Assembly (NCBI GenBank): GCA_965285935.1
Contig: OZ260665.1
Span: 32,674,001-32,738,000 of the forward strand
DNA length: 64,000 bases
Origin: Ophelia neglecta
Lineage: Eukaryota
Direction of reading: 5' to 3'
The translations under genes and the position numbers were made by a program. Within the stretch, counting starts at the first letter, position 1, and each line of letters begins with the position of its first letter. The notes under the pieces are model-generated. The model was not told where the DNA came from. It worked only from the letters and a program-made list of their open reading frames with translations, and made no database searches. Shown here in pieces: positions 13,801 through 24,654 of this stretch.

Positions 13801-16027
13801 ATGTCTCAAAGTATATTGGGTATGCTATAATGTACTATACTGCTGTTTACTACTTCAAGTACTAAACTAAAAATTAAAAAATAATAATATTCTTATTCCC
13901 AATAGCAAATATGATGTTACTTCATATATGAATCATGTTAGTAGTAAGTAGTGAATACATTCCGTCGAGTTGTGCGTTCCTTGGTGAAGCGATAAGACAC
14001 TGTAATGTTACTGAAAGGGGACAAGCCTATTCAACTTGTTAAAAATAAAATTATGAAGCGACTTGGCATAATATGTATTAGCATATTATATAATGCGAGA
14101 ACATTGCGAAAAAACTGGTTAATGAATTTATCTTAATATAAAGCACATACAAGAGGCGTGTTAAAGGAGGTTTCCCTTCATCGTCGGTCTCTCTATTGGT
14201 ATATGTAACGGTGTAATCATTGCATATTATGAATTTATGATGACGTCATATTACTTTTAGTTTTAATTATATCTTGGATTAATAACAAATAACTGTATAG
14301 GGAATAGCATTGTATTGGATGATGTATGTTGAGACAACTCACCGGGAAATAGGTTTTGTCATAATATAATTTGCTGGTCATTACGGTTATGTAATGGCCT
14401 TCATTGCGGTGGGCGATTGCCTCATTCCGATGCTTACTTAATGGGAATGGGTTGGTCCTTTGTCAGCGTGTGTCGACCGCACAGTTTCAACTATATGGGA
14501 TTAGCTCGGTCGGCTTGGCGGGCCTCGTTTTCATATTCTGGCCGGGCCTGCCACGTTGTATTCCTGTCCGCGGACACTCCGTCCCCGGTTAGCAAGGCAT
14601 GCACTGGCAAATTATTATTATGACTATTACTAAATTCTTAAGCAGAAAGGGGTACATATAACCTCTATAGACACTTTAGAAAGGAGTCCTCTTGATATTA
14701 AATGGACCTATTCACGGCATTAGCCGCGTAGTAATGGCGACTGTACAGAAGGAGGCTGATGCTAAGGTTTGAGTAGTTTTAAGCAGAAAGGTTTCATCCA
14801 TTTACATGATAATACTCCTTTCTTTCTTTCCCCAGAAAGCGTCCACAAACAATTCTTGCAGGGCTTAGTAATGTGACATGATTAATACGTTGAATCTGCT
14901 GCAGACCTTGCATCTTAAATTAAGCACAAACGAAGAAAAGTTTTGAGGGTATTTCCGCAATTATAGCAACATTCTCGGCTTTATATATACGTATGTGTTA
15001 TGGTCCTTTGATTTGGAACATGGTATTGCCCGTCGGCAGACAGCTGCTGCCCTGCGTTAACTCAAGCGCGCCCTTCTCTCGTCCAGTAAGGTAAATTTCA
15101 CCGATGAATAAAACAATGATTTCCACCCTTGAACATTGGTGAAAGTTCTACTCGGCTCCTACCATCTCATTTGCTTCCATTTTGAAATAGCCCTGTCTCT
15201 TGGTAGTTTATAAATAACCGAACCATTGCCATGTTTACCAACTCGGCTACAATATTACTTAATGTGATATCGGCTTACCAACTTTATTAAAAATAATAAT
15301 GAATATACTAGTCATATTTCAAAAACAACTAAATTTTAATTACTTTGCACATTCTATTACAAAATGATCGCACAAACAAGTGAGACACGAGATACGATAG
15401 ATACTGTGAAATGTGATTTTTCTTTTCCATTGTTTCTCAAAAGCACAAACAAGTGTAGAATTTTTCGAGATTTTTCCAGAATAAGTTACACACCAATAAA
15501 ATATCCCCAACATTATGGATAGCATCATAGTTATACAATCACAATCCATAATAACATAACATTTAAAACAACATAGTTTTGTTATCGGCTGTAGGCAACT
15601 CAACAATAAACTAATAAACAAAATATTGTTACCATTATGTTCGACAATGAATGATATGCAGGATAGCAGCCCGTGTGTTTTATTATATCTTTCAAATATA
15701 TTGGATTAATAAACATCGAAATCTGAAGAAGGAGCCTGGATATTTCATTTAGCAACGATGGTTCGTTTCATATCAAGAAGCATAATACATTTTAAATACT
15801 GTCAAATAAGCAACTATTCGCGACCAAAACAAATAAAAATTAATAGTTTATATTTGTAGCTGTAAGGTCTAAGGAATATAGGAACTTGCACACAAACATC
15901 CCCTCCATTCAGCCTTCGTCGTTGCCAAGGTTTCTCTTCGCAACCATAAATATACATAGTGGGTTAAAGGTTAAAGTATTGGGACAAAGATCCGCGCTGA
16001 GTAGAATTTGTGTGTGACAATATTACT

Positions 16028-16092
16028 GTACAATCGTGTCACAATCGTGTTACAATCGTCTGGACAATATAAATATATATATATATATATAT
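16028..16092. repeat. 11-bp tandem (ACAATCGTGT[C/T]) x3 followed by (AT)n microsatellite
   Basis: Direct reading of the sequence. Confidence 0.85.
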
Positions 16093-16738
16093 TTAAACGT
16101 ATACATATATAATGTGTTAATACTACGACGTGTTCTTTTTTTCTCAGTTTTCTTTGTCATGAAATTATTTATGCAGAGTATTTTATTAATAAAAATACAA
16201 CCAGGTCACATTTCCCTTTCCACTTCAAATCCGCACATTAGTTCACCAGCGCCGTACATACATGGTGTTCTGATGGCGATATTGCATCATGCTCCGTACG
16301 TTTGTTCCGACTATGCCTATACAGGAGGCATTCACGCCGCTCTTAATCATGCGGTACGTTCCGATGAACACTTTTGGATAGTCATTGTCTTTCCTACTAG
16401 TTCTCGAGATCTCAAGTTTCTCAACAGAATGTGCCTTAATATTTAATGTTATTGAGGGTCATTATAAAAAGGCACATTCACATAAAGTCGCGTTTTGAAA
16501 TTGAAGCCATAGCACGTTAGCCAATGTCCTTTAAGTCATTAGCGAATTCAAGTATTCCTATTTTTCTTTCAAGTAACACATGAGGATAGTCGAGATGTTT
16601 TTTTTGCATTCGTCCCAGCTTACATTCATGGGTGGAATTGGATAGGAAAGATCTCTAACAAACACCCTTGGCTATTTTCGTTTTTTTCAGCTTATTTTCG
16701 TTAACCTCGAACGTTCCAAACGAATAATTTGGCCGATC

Positions 16739-16752
16739 GCGCCATCTAGCGG
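16739..16752 (-). promoter_or_regulatory. CTCF-like motif downstream of the receptor stop codon
   Basis: Minus strand reads CCGCTAGATGGCGC, close to the CTCF core consensus CCAC/GYAGRKGGCGC. Related copies at 19679-19692 and (degenerate) 16926-16939. Confidence 0.4.
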
Positions 16753-17025
16753 ACTATCATATATGAACTGACTTTGATGGGTGCCACCTGTGGGCCATAC
16801 AAGGGGCAGTCCCATGATGAACACCACGTGACTCTACCGAGTTATAATTGCAGTGCAGATGGTCCGTCAAAACCACACGCCCGTTTCAACCGTTGTTCAT
16901 CTCCAACGAAATGCTCTGATCGACTGTGTCATCTAGGGCCTATAAAGAACTGACCTACACAGGTGACTTATTCTTGCCCAAGTTTATGAAACTGCTGTCC
17001 CATAATGCACAGCGGGTGACCGAGT

Positions 17026-17280
17026 TTAGATGGCAGTGGAGATGGTGCTATGTCCGTCCAAGCCACTTACACGAACGTACCGTTTCATTCGACCGTTGTT
17101 CATCTGTATCCGGGTATCGTGGTCATGTGACAAGGCAGTAGTTAAAGAGCGGCGCGCACCGCGTGGGGTGCTGTCCGAATGCTCGCGCATCGTGTCTTTA
17201 AACGCCTTTAAGTCTTTCCGGTCCTTGGACACACACGGACATTTGATGAACAACACGCGAAATCCATGCTTGAATTTTTC
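17026..17280 (-). CDS. Lkr: Kinin-receptor-family GPCR, terminal coding exon 4 (helix 8 and C-tail)
   Basis: Acceptor ttaatttacag|GAA gives the LLN|EKFKHGFR helix-8 junction. KCPC candidate palmitoylation cysteines, Ser/Thr-rich tail ending STAI, TAA stop at 17026. Total spliced CDS 434 aa. Confidence 0.88.
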   Translation of the reverse strand, partial: EKFKHGFRVLFIKCPCVSKDRKDLKAFKDTMREHSDSTPRGARRSLTTALSHDHDTRIQMNNGRMKRYVRVSGLDGHSTISTAI

Positions 17281-18641
17281 CTGTAAATTAATAATAAAAA
17301 AGCACATTATAAACCTTGACAGGTGAGAGCTATGGCCTATTTTCTAACTAACTGACTATGTCTAGTTGCAGAGAGTTGTGAGCAGGACTAACCGGAGCAT
17401 AGGCTTAACACCTAGTCCTGAATGAAAGGGGCGATCGGGCCCTACCAGCTGTACTTAACGATAATCGATCCTGTGGTGAGTGAAAAAGAACAGTTGCACT
17501 TTAAAATCTTTTAAATCACGATTGATTAAGGTTGTTATTTTTTCAGACCTGAATCCATTCTATACCAATGTACGTTGCCTTCCAATAATATTTTCGAACC
17601 AATATGTCTATCGTTTGTTAGTTTATAAAGAGATGTTAATCCCTGGAATATTCTTTATAACATTCACAGACACGAGCAAACCAAGGCTGCGGCCCGCTCA
17701 TAGCAAACCGCGCATGCGTGGCGGCCATTACTGTTGATATCTCATGGCTGGAAATCAGAACTAACACGGCAGATCTAATGAATCTACACTAGAGATATGG
17801 TAGAACTTGGAAAACGGGTCATCGGAGGCATGGGCTAACTCGATGAACATGCTATTTTCTATATCAAAGGTAACCATTCAGAAACGAAAGGCGAAACTCA
17901 TCTAACAAAAGTCGGGTATTTCTGCACATCGACGTATTCCGCGCAATAAGTAGCCTGGTTGCGCGCACGTTGTGCCCGGAATTTGGCTATTTTACGCAGA
18001 ATTATTAAAACGATATGAAACCACTTGACTACAAACTGTGCCAATATGAAACTTCCTGTATGTCTCTCATCAAGCAATGCGGGATAGTTGGGTAATTCCG
18101 GACATAGTGTATTCCTGGTTCCGCGCACGTTGTGAAGAATAAGGCTATTTATTGCGCTGAATTAAACAATGGGGAAAACTGGTTGACATTAGACTGTTTG
18201 CGAAATGCGTTATGCTGATTTTCTGCACGAAAATAAGGGAAGCGCGAAATTACCTTTACACCATCCCAAAATACAATAAGTGGTTTATTTATGCCAAAAA
18301 AATACGAACTTTAGCTGGCGTGGGCGCTCGTTAACTTTCACTTCACAAGGAGCAATTTTTAAAGCACTAATTCGACGATGAATCAAACCAAGGACACATC
18401 TCTGGAGTCGATCGCTCGTGTGCTGGCATTTCTGTGCATAACTCTTCAAAATTGACTCAATTACGAAATTGGTCGTGAACACTTTTGAAGGAACATTTCC
18501 TTAAGGTAAACTATAACCAGTGCACTGAAACTATTTACATTTCGGAAGCATCTCAAGATTACTCTGGCACAGCTTATGGGCCTACTTAAACTGGACTTTG
18601 AGGACTCGGGACTCATTTCTTGTAGCCAATAATATACTTAC

Positions 18642-18732
18642 ATTAAGGAGACCATAGATGAATGGATTGTAGCAAGAATTGCTCATCGCTAGCCAGTTGC
18701 TACAGAACCAAATGATGTTGATATACCTGTAC
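18642..18732 (-). CDS. Lkr: Kinin-receptor-family GPCR, coding exon 3 (TM7)
   Basis: Acceptor tttaacttactttttcag|G completes GAG (Glu) with exon 2. Translates YRYINIIWFCSNWLAMSNSCYNPFIYGLLN (NPxxY). Donor AAT|GTAAGT; 91 nt. Confidence 0.93.
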
Positions 18733-19798
18733 CTGAAAAAGTAAGTTAAACCTAATAATTCCACTGGCAAATACCATGAATATAATGACAAAAAGACAAA
18801 TAATTAACAAACTTGCCCGGACATCATTTTCTACATGTTCTGAAAGATAACGAGATGGTGCAAATTAGCTCAGTTAGAAGACGTCTGACTTGACAAGTAC
18901 ATAAGGTACTGCCCGAGCGGGTAAAACATGTTGACAGAGATTTATTAGTTCTGTATACATGAGGAACATAGAGGCTCTACAATAGACGGCAAAGGTGTCA
19001 TCCAGCTCTGTCTAATTCCAAAGATATAGACGAAAACAACATTCACTTTGAAGTGACGCCATACCTTCTGACACACCCATAAACGAGAAATGCATTAGCC
19101 TCTGTTTATACATTATACAGGGTGCCTCATATATACTCATTTGCCCTTGAGGTTATTTGATTATATGGTCTCGAGGACCGAGACATTCTTTTTATAGACG
19201 CTTTTTGCCAAAATTTCGCATTTACATCAATTAATTACACACAAATAACGATGCGGCGGTTGTGTTAGAGAGTATTCTAAGGAGTTTGGTTAACAGGTGG
19301 TAAGACCCTGGCCCCTCCCAGACAATGTGCCATTTAAATGTCCATTAGACATTATGTTTCTCAATAAACTGCGGGAGACAGAGCATTTTATATTGACAAT
19401 AATATTATATCCCATACCAATCTAATATATGGTAATCACATGGGTATATGGTAAAGTATTAATGTTAAGTCAGAGCTTAAGCTAGATGTCAGTGGTTTAT
19501 AGTGGTTATAGTAGGCAGCCTATTATCTGTTCTTTTATTCCAATGCTAACGTTACTTCAGCACGTAGGCGAAAGTGGCATATTTTTCCATCCACGAATAT
19601 ATGGCTCATAGGGCGAGCACAAACGTTAAACCTGCGTCATCATGTTCATCTCCAATGAAAAGCTCTCTCTGATCGACTGCGCCATCTAGGGCCTATAATA
19701 GACACATTGTGGTTTTTGTTAATGGGTCATGCATGGCCATGAGGCTGGAAGCTAGAGATATACTGACAAATAAACAATTAAAAAGAAAATTATCGTCT

Positions 19799-20475
19799 CT
19801 TAGTTCCGCCTGCCACGATTTGTAAACCCGCCGCACACGTGTCGGTTGGTTATGACGTCCGTATGTCCGTCCGCCCGTACAACAATAAGTTGTGCCATTT
19901 TTATAATTCTGCCCGCAAACGAACAAACCCCTAATGCGGGCTGAGAAATGGCAATAGATACATGGCAATAGAAATAGCAGCAGCATGCAGTTTTCAGAGG
20001 GTCGAGCGACAAGGGTTTTTTGCCTGATCTATGCCTATTTCTGCACTCGATGTGCCAGTGCTGACGTCAGAACGCTAAGGGAGGACCCGAGTATCTGTGA
20101 TCTGAGAAATCTGCTAGGACTGAATTGTCAACTTAACGTCCCCAGCCAACAGGCCGAGAACTTCAATCTACAAGGCCGCGCCCTGTCACAAATCTATAGC
20201 CCAGGCCACACGACTCTACTGATGGCTTCAAAATCATTTATTTTTGTCTCGATAAAATGTTCCAACGCCAGCATTGCTGCCCTCTTTCAATTTCAAGCAC
20301 ATCGGAAAGAATTATATCCCCAATTCGCAGGGAAGATTGAACAAAATAACCATATTTGCAGCTTCATTACTAGGCGGAATGAAATTGTGTCGCGGGCGGA
20401 TAAACACAACTTAGGATAGGAATGCCGAAAAAGCAAGAGTACAAGCTACACGGTCACGTTCTGGAGTACTTAACT
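19799..20475 (+). mobile_element. Probable Helentron-associated non-autonomous element (HINE/DINE-1-like)
   Basis: Starts TTTAGTTCCGCC. 5' subterminal CCGCCTGCCACGATTT pairs with AAATTGTGTCGCGGGCGG (~20381-20399). GTCY-type microsatellite (GTCCGTATGTCCGTCCG) just inside the 5' end, and a short hairpin near the 3' end. Boundaries are approximate. Confidence 0.5.
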
Positions 20476-23358
20476 GAGTAATCGGACACATCAAACGAAA
20501 CTTAACTATCCAGACATATCTCTATCACGGATCGATATCAATATTGATCGACTAAAAAAACCAGGAGCCTTACATTTTTAGATATCTCAAATATCAGTCT
20601 TGGATTCTGAGAAAACAACAACAGAGAAAAATCAACTTTGCGAAACAGCTTTTGTAATTTCCAACCAATGAAGACGCGTTTAAAATGTCCCCGAAGTCGT
20701 AACATTATGACATCTAACCAGGCTTGCCAAAGATATATCCAGGATTGTTTGCTATAGTGCTGTTTGGATTTTTATATAAAACGCTGCTAGGCTCAATGTG
20801 TCAGGACTAATTCAAACGTACATGTATTCTTCCATACTATCGTCCATAAAAAGGTTATATAGTGTGGCAGTCCTGAGAATTTTTTTGTGAATGGAAATGG
20901 GAGTTTAGCAAATTATAGGAATGACTTTAAAAACAAATCTGGCAGATGGTTTCGCCTGGGTACAATAGTGACATAGCTCAGAGTGTGCATGGAGTGCATA
21001 TCCGGATTCTAGCATAGTTATTTGACACAGTTTGAGAACTGAACATTCCGAGTTATCCTTAAAATATATCTGCTTACAGAGGTAGCCTTTCACTGAGATG
21101 GTAATAAATACAAAGCTTAGTTTTAATGGGAGAGGAATGAACATTTAGCCGGAGTGGATATTACTCCATGTAAGAACAAACATTCACTACTAGAATCATG
21201 TGTTTGTTTATGAAATATATGTTTACTGAACGGACAGCCCATCACTAAGAAAGACTGGACAAGACTGATAGTTGATGATGGTCCATTGTCCCTTAAGTTG
21301 ACTATGAATTATCAAAGTTCATTGACATGACTATCAAAACCATTAAACGGTCACTGTTCCTTAATCTAAGTGAATCATATTTTAATGAGGAACTATATAT
21401 GTTTCCACAATGTCACATCTTTCATAATCAAACACCTTCTCTGGCAGAATGAAATTCCCTGGATGAATTTTATGAGAGACTTGGCCTTTAAAAGACTTGC
21501 ACTTTGCTCTTATTAAGTTTTATGCCTCTTCCTATACCACCCACCTCGATGGCGGTGCAAACACGCACAGGTAGGTGTTTAGATATCTCTTAACAATTAT
21601 GATCCAATTCTCCGCTAGTTTGGTTTTGTATACTCGATACACTTTCAGGAAAGAAGACGTCCAATTAGGAAATCTCTCTTTACAAATCTCTCACTCCGGG
21701 TGTTTCGGGCCAAAAAAAACAATTTTACCTTAAGAAAAAAAAGCCTTACACACGTGTTTCAAGGAACGAAAAATGATAGGTTAAGCGAAGTCAAAAGCCG
21801 GTCACCATTAAGTAAGACACGTCCTGTTCACAAAAATCTCTGTCTTCTAAAGCTTCAGCGAGCTTTACCTTTCTCAAGTTATTATTGCCTTCACGTAGCA
21901 AGAAGCAATTACCGCCTTGGCGCTAAAGCAATAAATGAACGAGTTAAGGGGGCTTTGGAGAGGCCGACCAAATCACAGCACTGGAGAGGAGTTTGCGTCA
22001 AACACACGCATTGATAGGTCTCGAAGGGTGGTGAAGGTGCCAACGTTAAGCTGTGAGATGCAAAATACACATAAGTGGGACCTACTACTTTGCAATGGAC
22101 ATGCAAAAAATATTCAATAATGCTAGCATAAATCTTGGCAAAGGGCCTTGCGTTAAGTCGCAACTGCCTGAAATATGGTTCGATGCATTATTATTTATTT
22201 CGCATTCCTACTCAGTCTCACACTAAACGATCAGAAATACTTGTTCGCGATTTTATTTGCGTAATTCGGCGAAACATTTCCGACATTAAAAGAAAATGCC
22301 ATAGGTCTTAATACAAAGCTTGTGTTGGTTGTTACTTAAATGTTTTGTCTAGATAAAATTGGGTTTTAACAGTTTTAAACAAGGGGTTGACAGGTGATCA
22401 CATTGAGGTGGGTATGAGCAGAAGGTGTAATGCAACTACTAAAATTGGTATCGCTTGCTATGATACATATGGTCTGGGTCTTAACACAAAACAAAATAAA
22501 CGCGAGTCAATTGGTTGAAACATTTATAACGCGAGTTGATTGATTAACGTAGGGATGAAATATGTCCTCGGAGTGTCTATGCAGGTGACCTTGTTTAAAC
22601 GATCTGCTAGACTGAGCAGGGGTATCAACTTATACGCTTGAGTGACACGAGAGATGTTAAAAAATTGGGCGAAACAAATGATGTCGGATAAAATCCTGTC
22701 TCATTTATGTAATGTTATACCAGCGTATGACACTATGTTCAGGCCTTGAGGTGCTGCCATAAACCACAGCCGATTTAGGCTCCTGATATTGAGACATACG
22801 TTTAGTATACTTCTGCACACACACAACAAAGCGGTAGTGGTTATCCGGCAGACAAAAACAAAATAGTTGATCAATACTCGGTCCAAATTCTCCAGGAACC
22901 AGCAGCCGCAGCCATCTATTCTCAGCTCCATAACGATAAATATATTTGAACGGAATTAATCATAAAAATATTAAAAACCTTAAAATTGATGCCAATTTTC
23001 CATGACTTGAGCTATAGCACAAAACCAATGAGCGAGTGGCTAAAACATTACGAAATATGTCGTGGGAAAATCTATGATGGATGAAGCTCTCAGATTAATT
23101 CGAGCTTATAGATAGATTTGTTCTCAAGAAACACAACACCGCAGAAGGATGTGAAAGGTCTTTGCATTATCAAAAGACATATAAGTGTTAAATATATTCA
23201 ATAATGCAATAGATAGCACAAACATCTAAGTGATCCAGTCACGTTTTTATTGTGACTGAACATGAACATCTTTACCATCCGAAATTTCATCAGACCCTAA
23301 TCCTAGGATGAGCGGAATAAATCACTCAAAGCCTATTCAGTCTTTTACGGCGAAAGTT

Positions 23359-23499
23359 GTGACTGTCTTTGTTGACTGACAACAGGCTCAGTGAGTGAAG
23401 TACAGTCACGACAGTCAGAGTCTGACAACTGGTTCAGGCGATCGGTGACTGTCTTTGTTGACTGACAACAGGCTCAGTGGGTGAAGTACAGTCACGACA
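23359..23499. repeat. Two 55-bp direct repeats separated by 31 bp
   Basis: GTGACTGTCTTTGTTGACTGACAACAGGCTCAGTG[A/G]GTGAAGTACAGTCACGACA at 23359 and 23445, one mismatch. Confidence 0.9.
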
Positions 23500-23599
23500 A
23501 TGTCAAAAGTAATAGTTTACAAAGTGCACAATAATTTAAAATTTATGCCATGTCACGTGATGCAGTGCATCGTAACAGTTTATTACTGCTTAACTTAGA

Positions 23600-24160
23600 A
23601 CTGCTTATAAGATGCTCAATTGATGTTTTTTATTTTGATAATTTGCATGCGTTTTGTGCCACCGATTGTAACAGTATGTTGATTACTGTTTATTTCCTGC
23701 GTAATTTAGGAGTATCTAATTAGCTACCATGTTACTATTGATATTATTTGCCTTTTGTCGTTGACAGATTATGATTACACAATGTTTGCTCCATCGTGAT
23801 TTATCTTCGTATGTTGAATTTTGCGGTCATCGTTAACTAAGTATAATTATATTTGACCGTACACTATGACGTCCAGTGTTGCCTTCATTTTCACAGATCT
23901 TTGTTTCTGCTGATTTATTTAGATATAGCTGTTTTATTGTAAATCTGTTAATAATAATATCAATCATTTTGGATGTCATGTTCATTTTCCCCTGTATATA
24001 TGTATAAATGTCATAGGGCGTCCAGTCCTCACGGCCTCGGCTATTACTGGCGTCCTGGTGTTACTTTGTTTCGTCATCAATGTATTGCTAGTTTGTACAT
24101 GTTGATGTGATGTCTATGTAGCACCAAATAAACTCAATTCAATCAAAAAAAAAAAAAAAA
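23600..24160 (+). mobile_element. LINE (CR1/L2-type) 3'-UTR remnant with A-rich tail
   Basis: T/TG-rich tract, GC-rich hairpin-like segment at ~24016-24058, then AATAAACTCAATTCAATC(A)n. The 5' boundary is uncertain. Confidence 0.5.
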
Positions 24161-24347
24161 TTATAGCTCCAAACACAAGGGTTGAAGGTAAAACAAAACA
24201 ACAGACTTTTCTCTAGAGAGCAAGAACAAGACCATATAGTACCAGTTTAGCTTAAGCTTATCTGTTTTTCGCTTATCGACTTAATAAAACGCAGATTGGT
24301 GAGTTAAACTGAATAACTATATCAATAACATTGCGACGAACCATTTG

Positions 24348-24641
24348 GCAGCAGTTACTGATGACAGAGCGACTATAGAGAACCGTTGTCGTATCTTTGT
24401 CTTAATGTTATTTTCTCTCCTGTTTGAACGTCGCTTTATTTCCCTGAACATTTGGTTTGCATTTGGTATTTATTTCCTGGCATCAATAAATAAGCAGCAG
24501 TTACTGATGACAGAGCGACTATAGAGAACCGTTGTCGTATCTTTGTCTTAATGTTATTTTCTCTCCTGTTTGAACGTCGCTTTATTTCCCTGAACATTTG
24601 GTTTGCATTTGGTATTTATTTCCTGGCATCAATAAATAAGC
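24348..24641 (+). repeat. Perfect 146-bp tandem dimer
   Basis: 24348-24493 is repeated identically from 24494. Each unit carries CTGATGA near its start and ends AATAAATAA. Confidence 0.95.
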
Positions 24642-24654
24642 GTGCACGACATCC

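Noticed and set aside
14388-15300. Crypton-like non-autonomous element
   Set aside because: Only a vague resemblance at the left end. I could not define termini or repeats.
18857-18895. tRNA gene (TAGCTCAGTTAGAAGACGTCTGACT)
   Set aside because: Only an A-box/D-arm-like fragment, with no T-arm/B-box or acceptor stem. At most a decayed SINE head.
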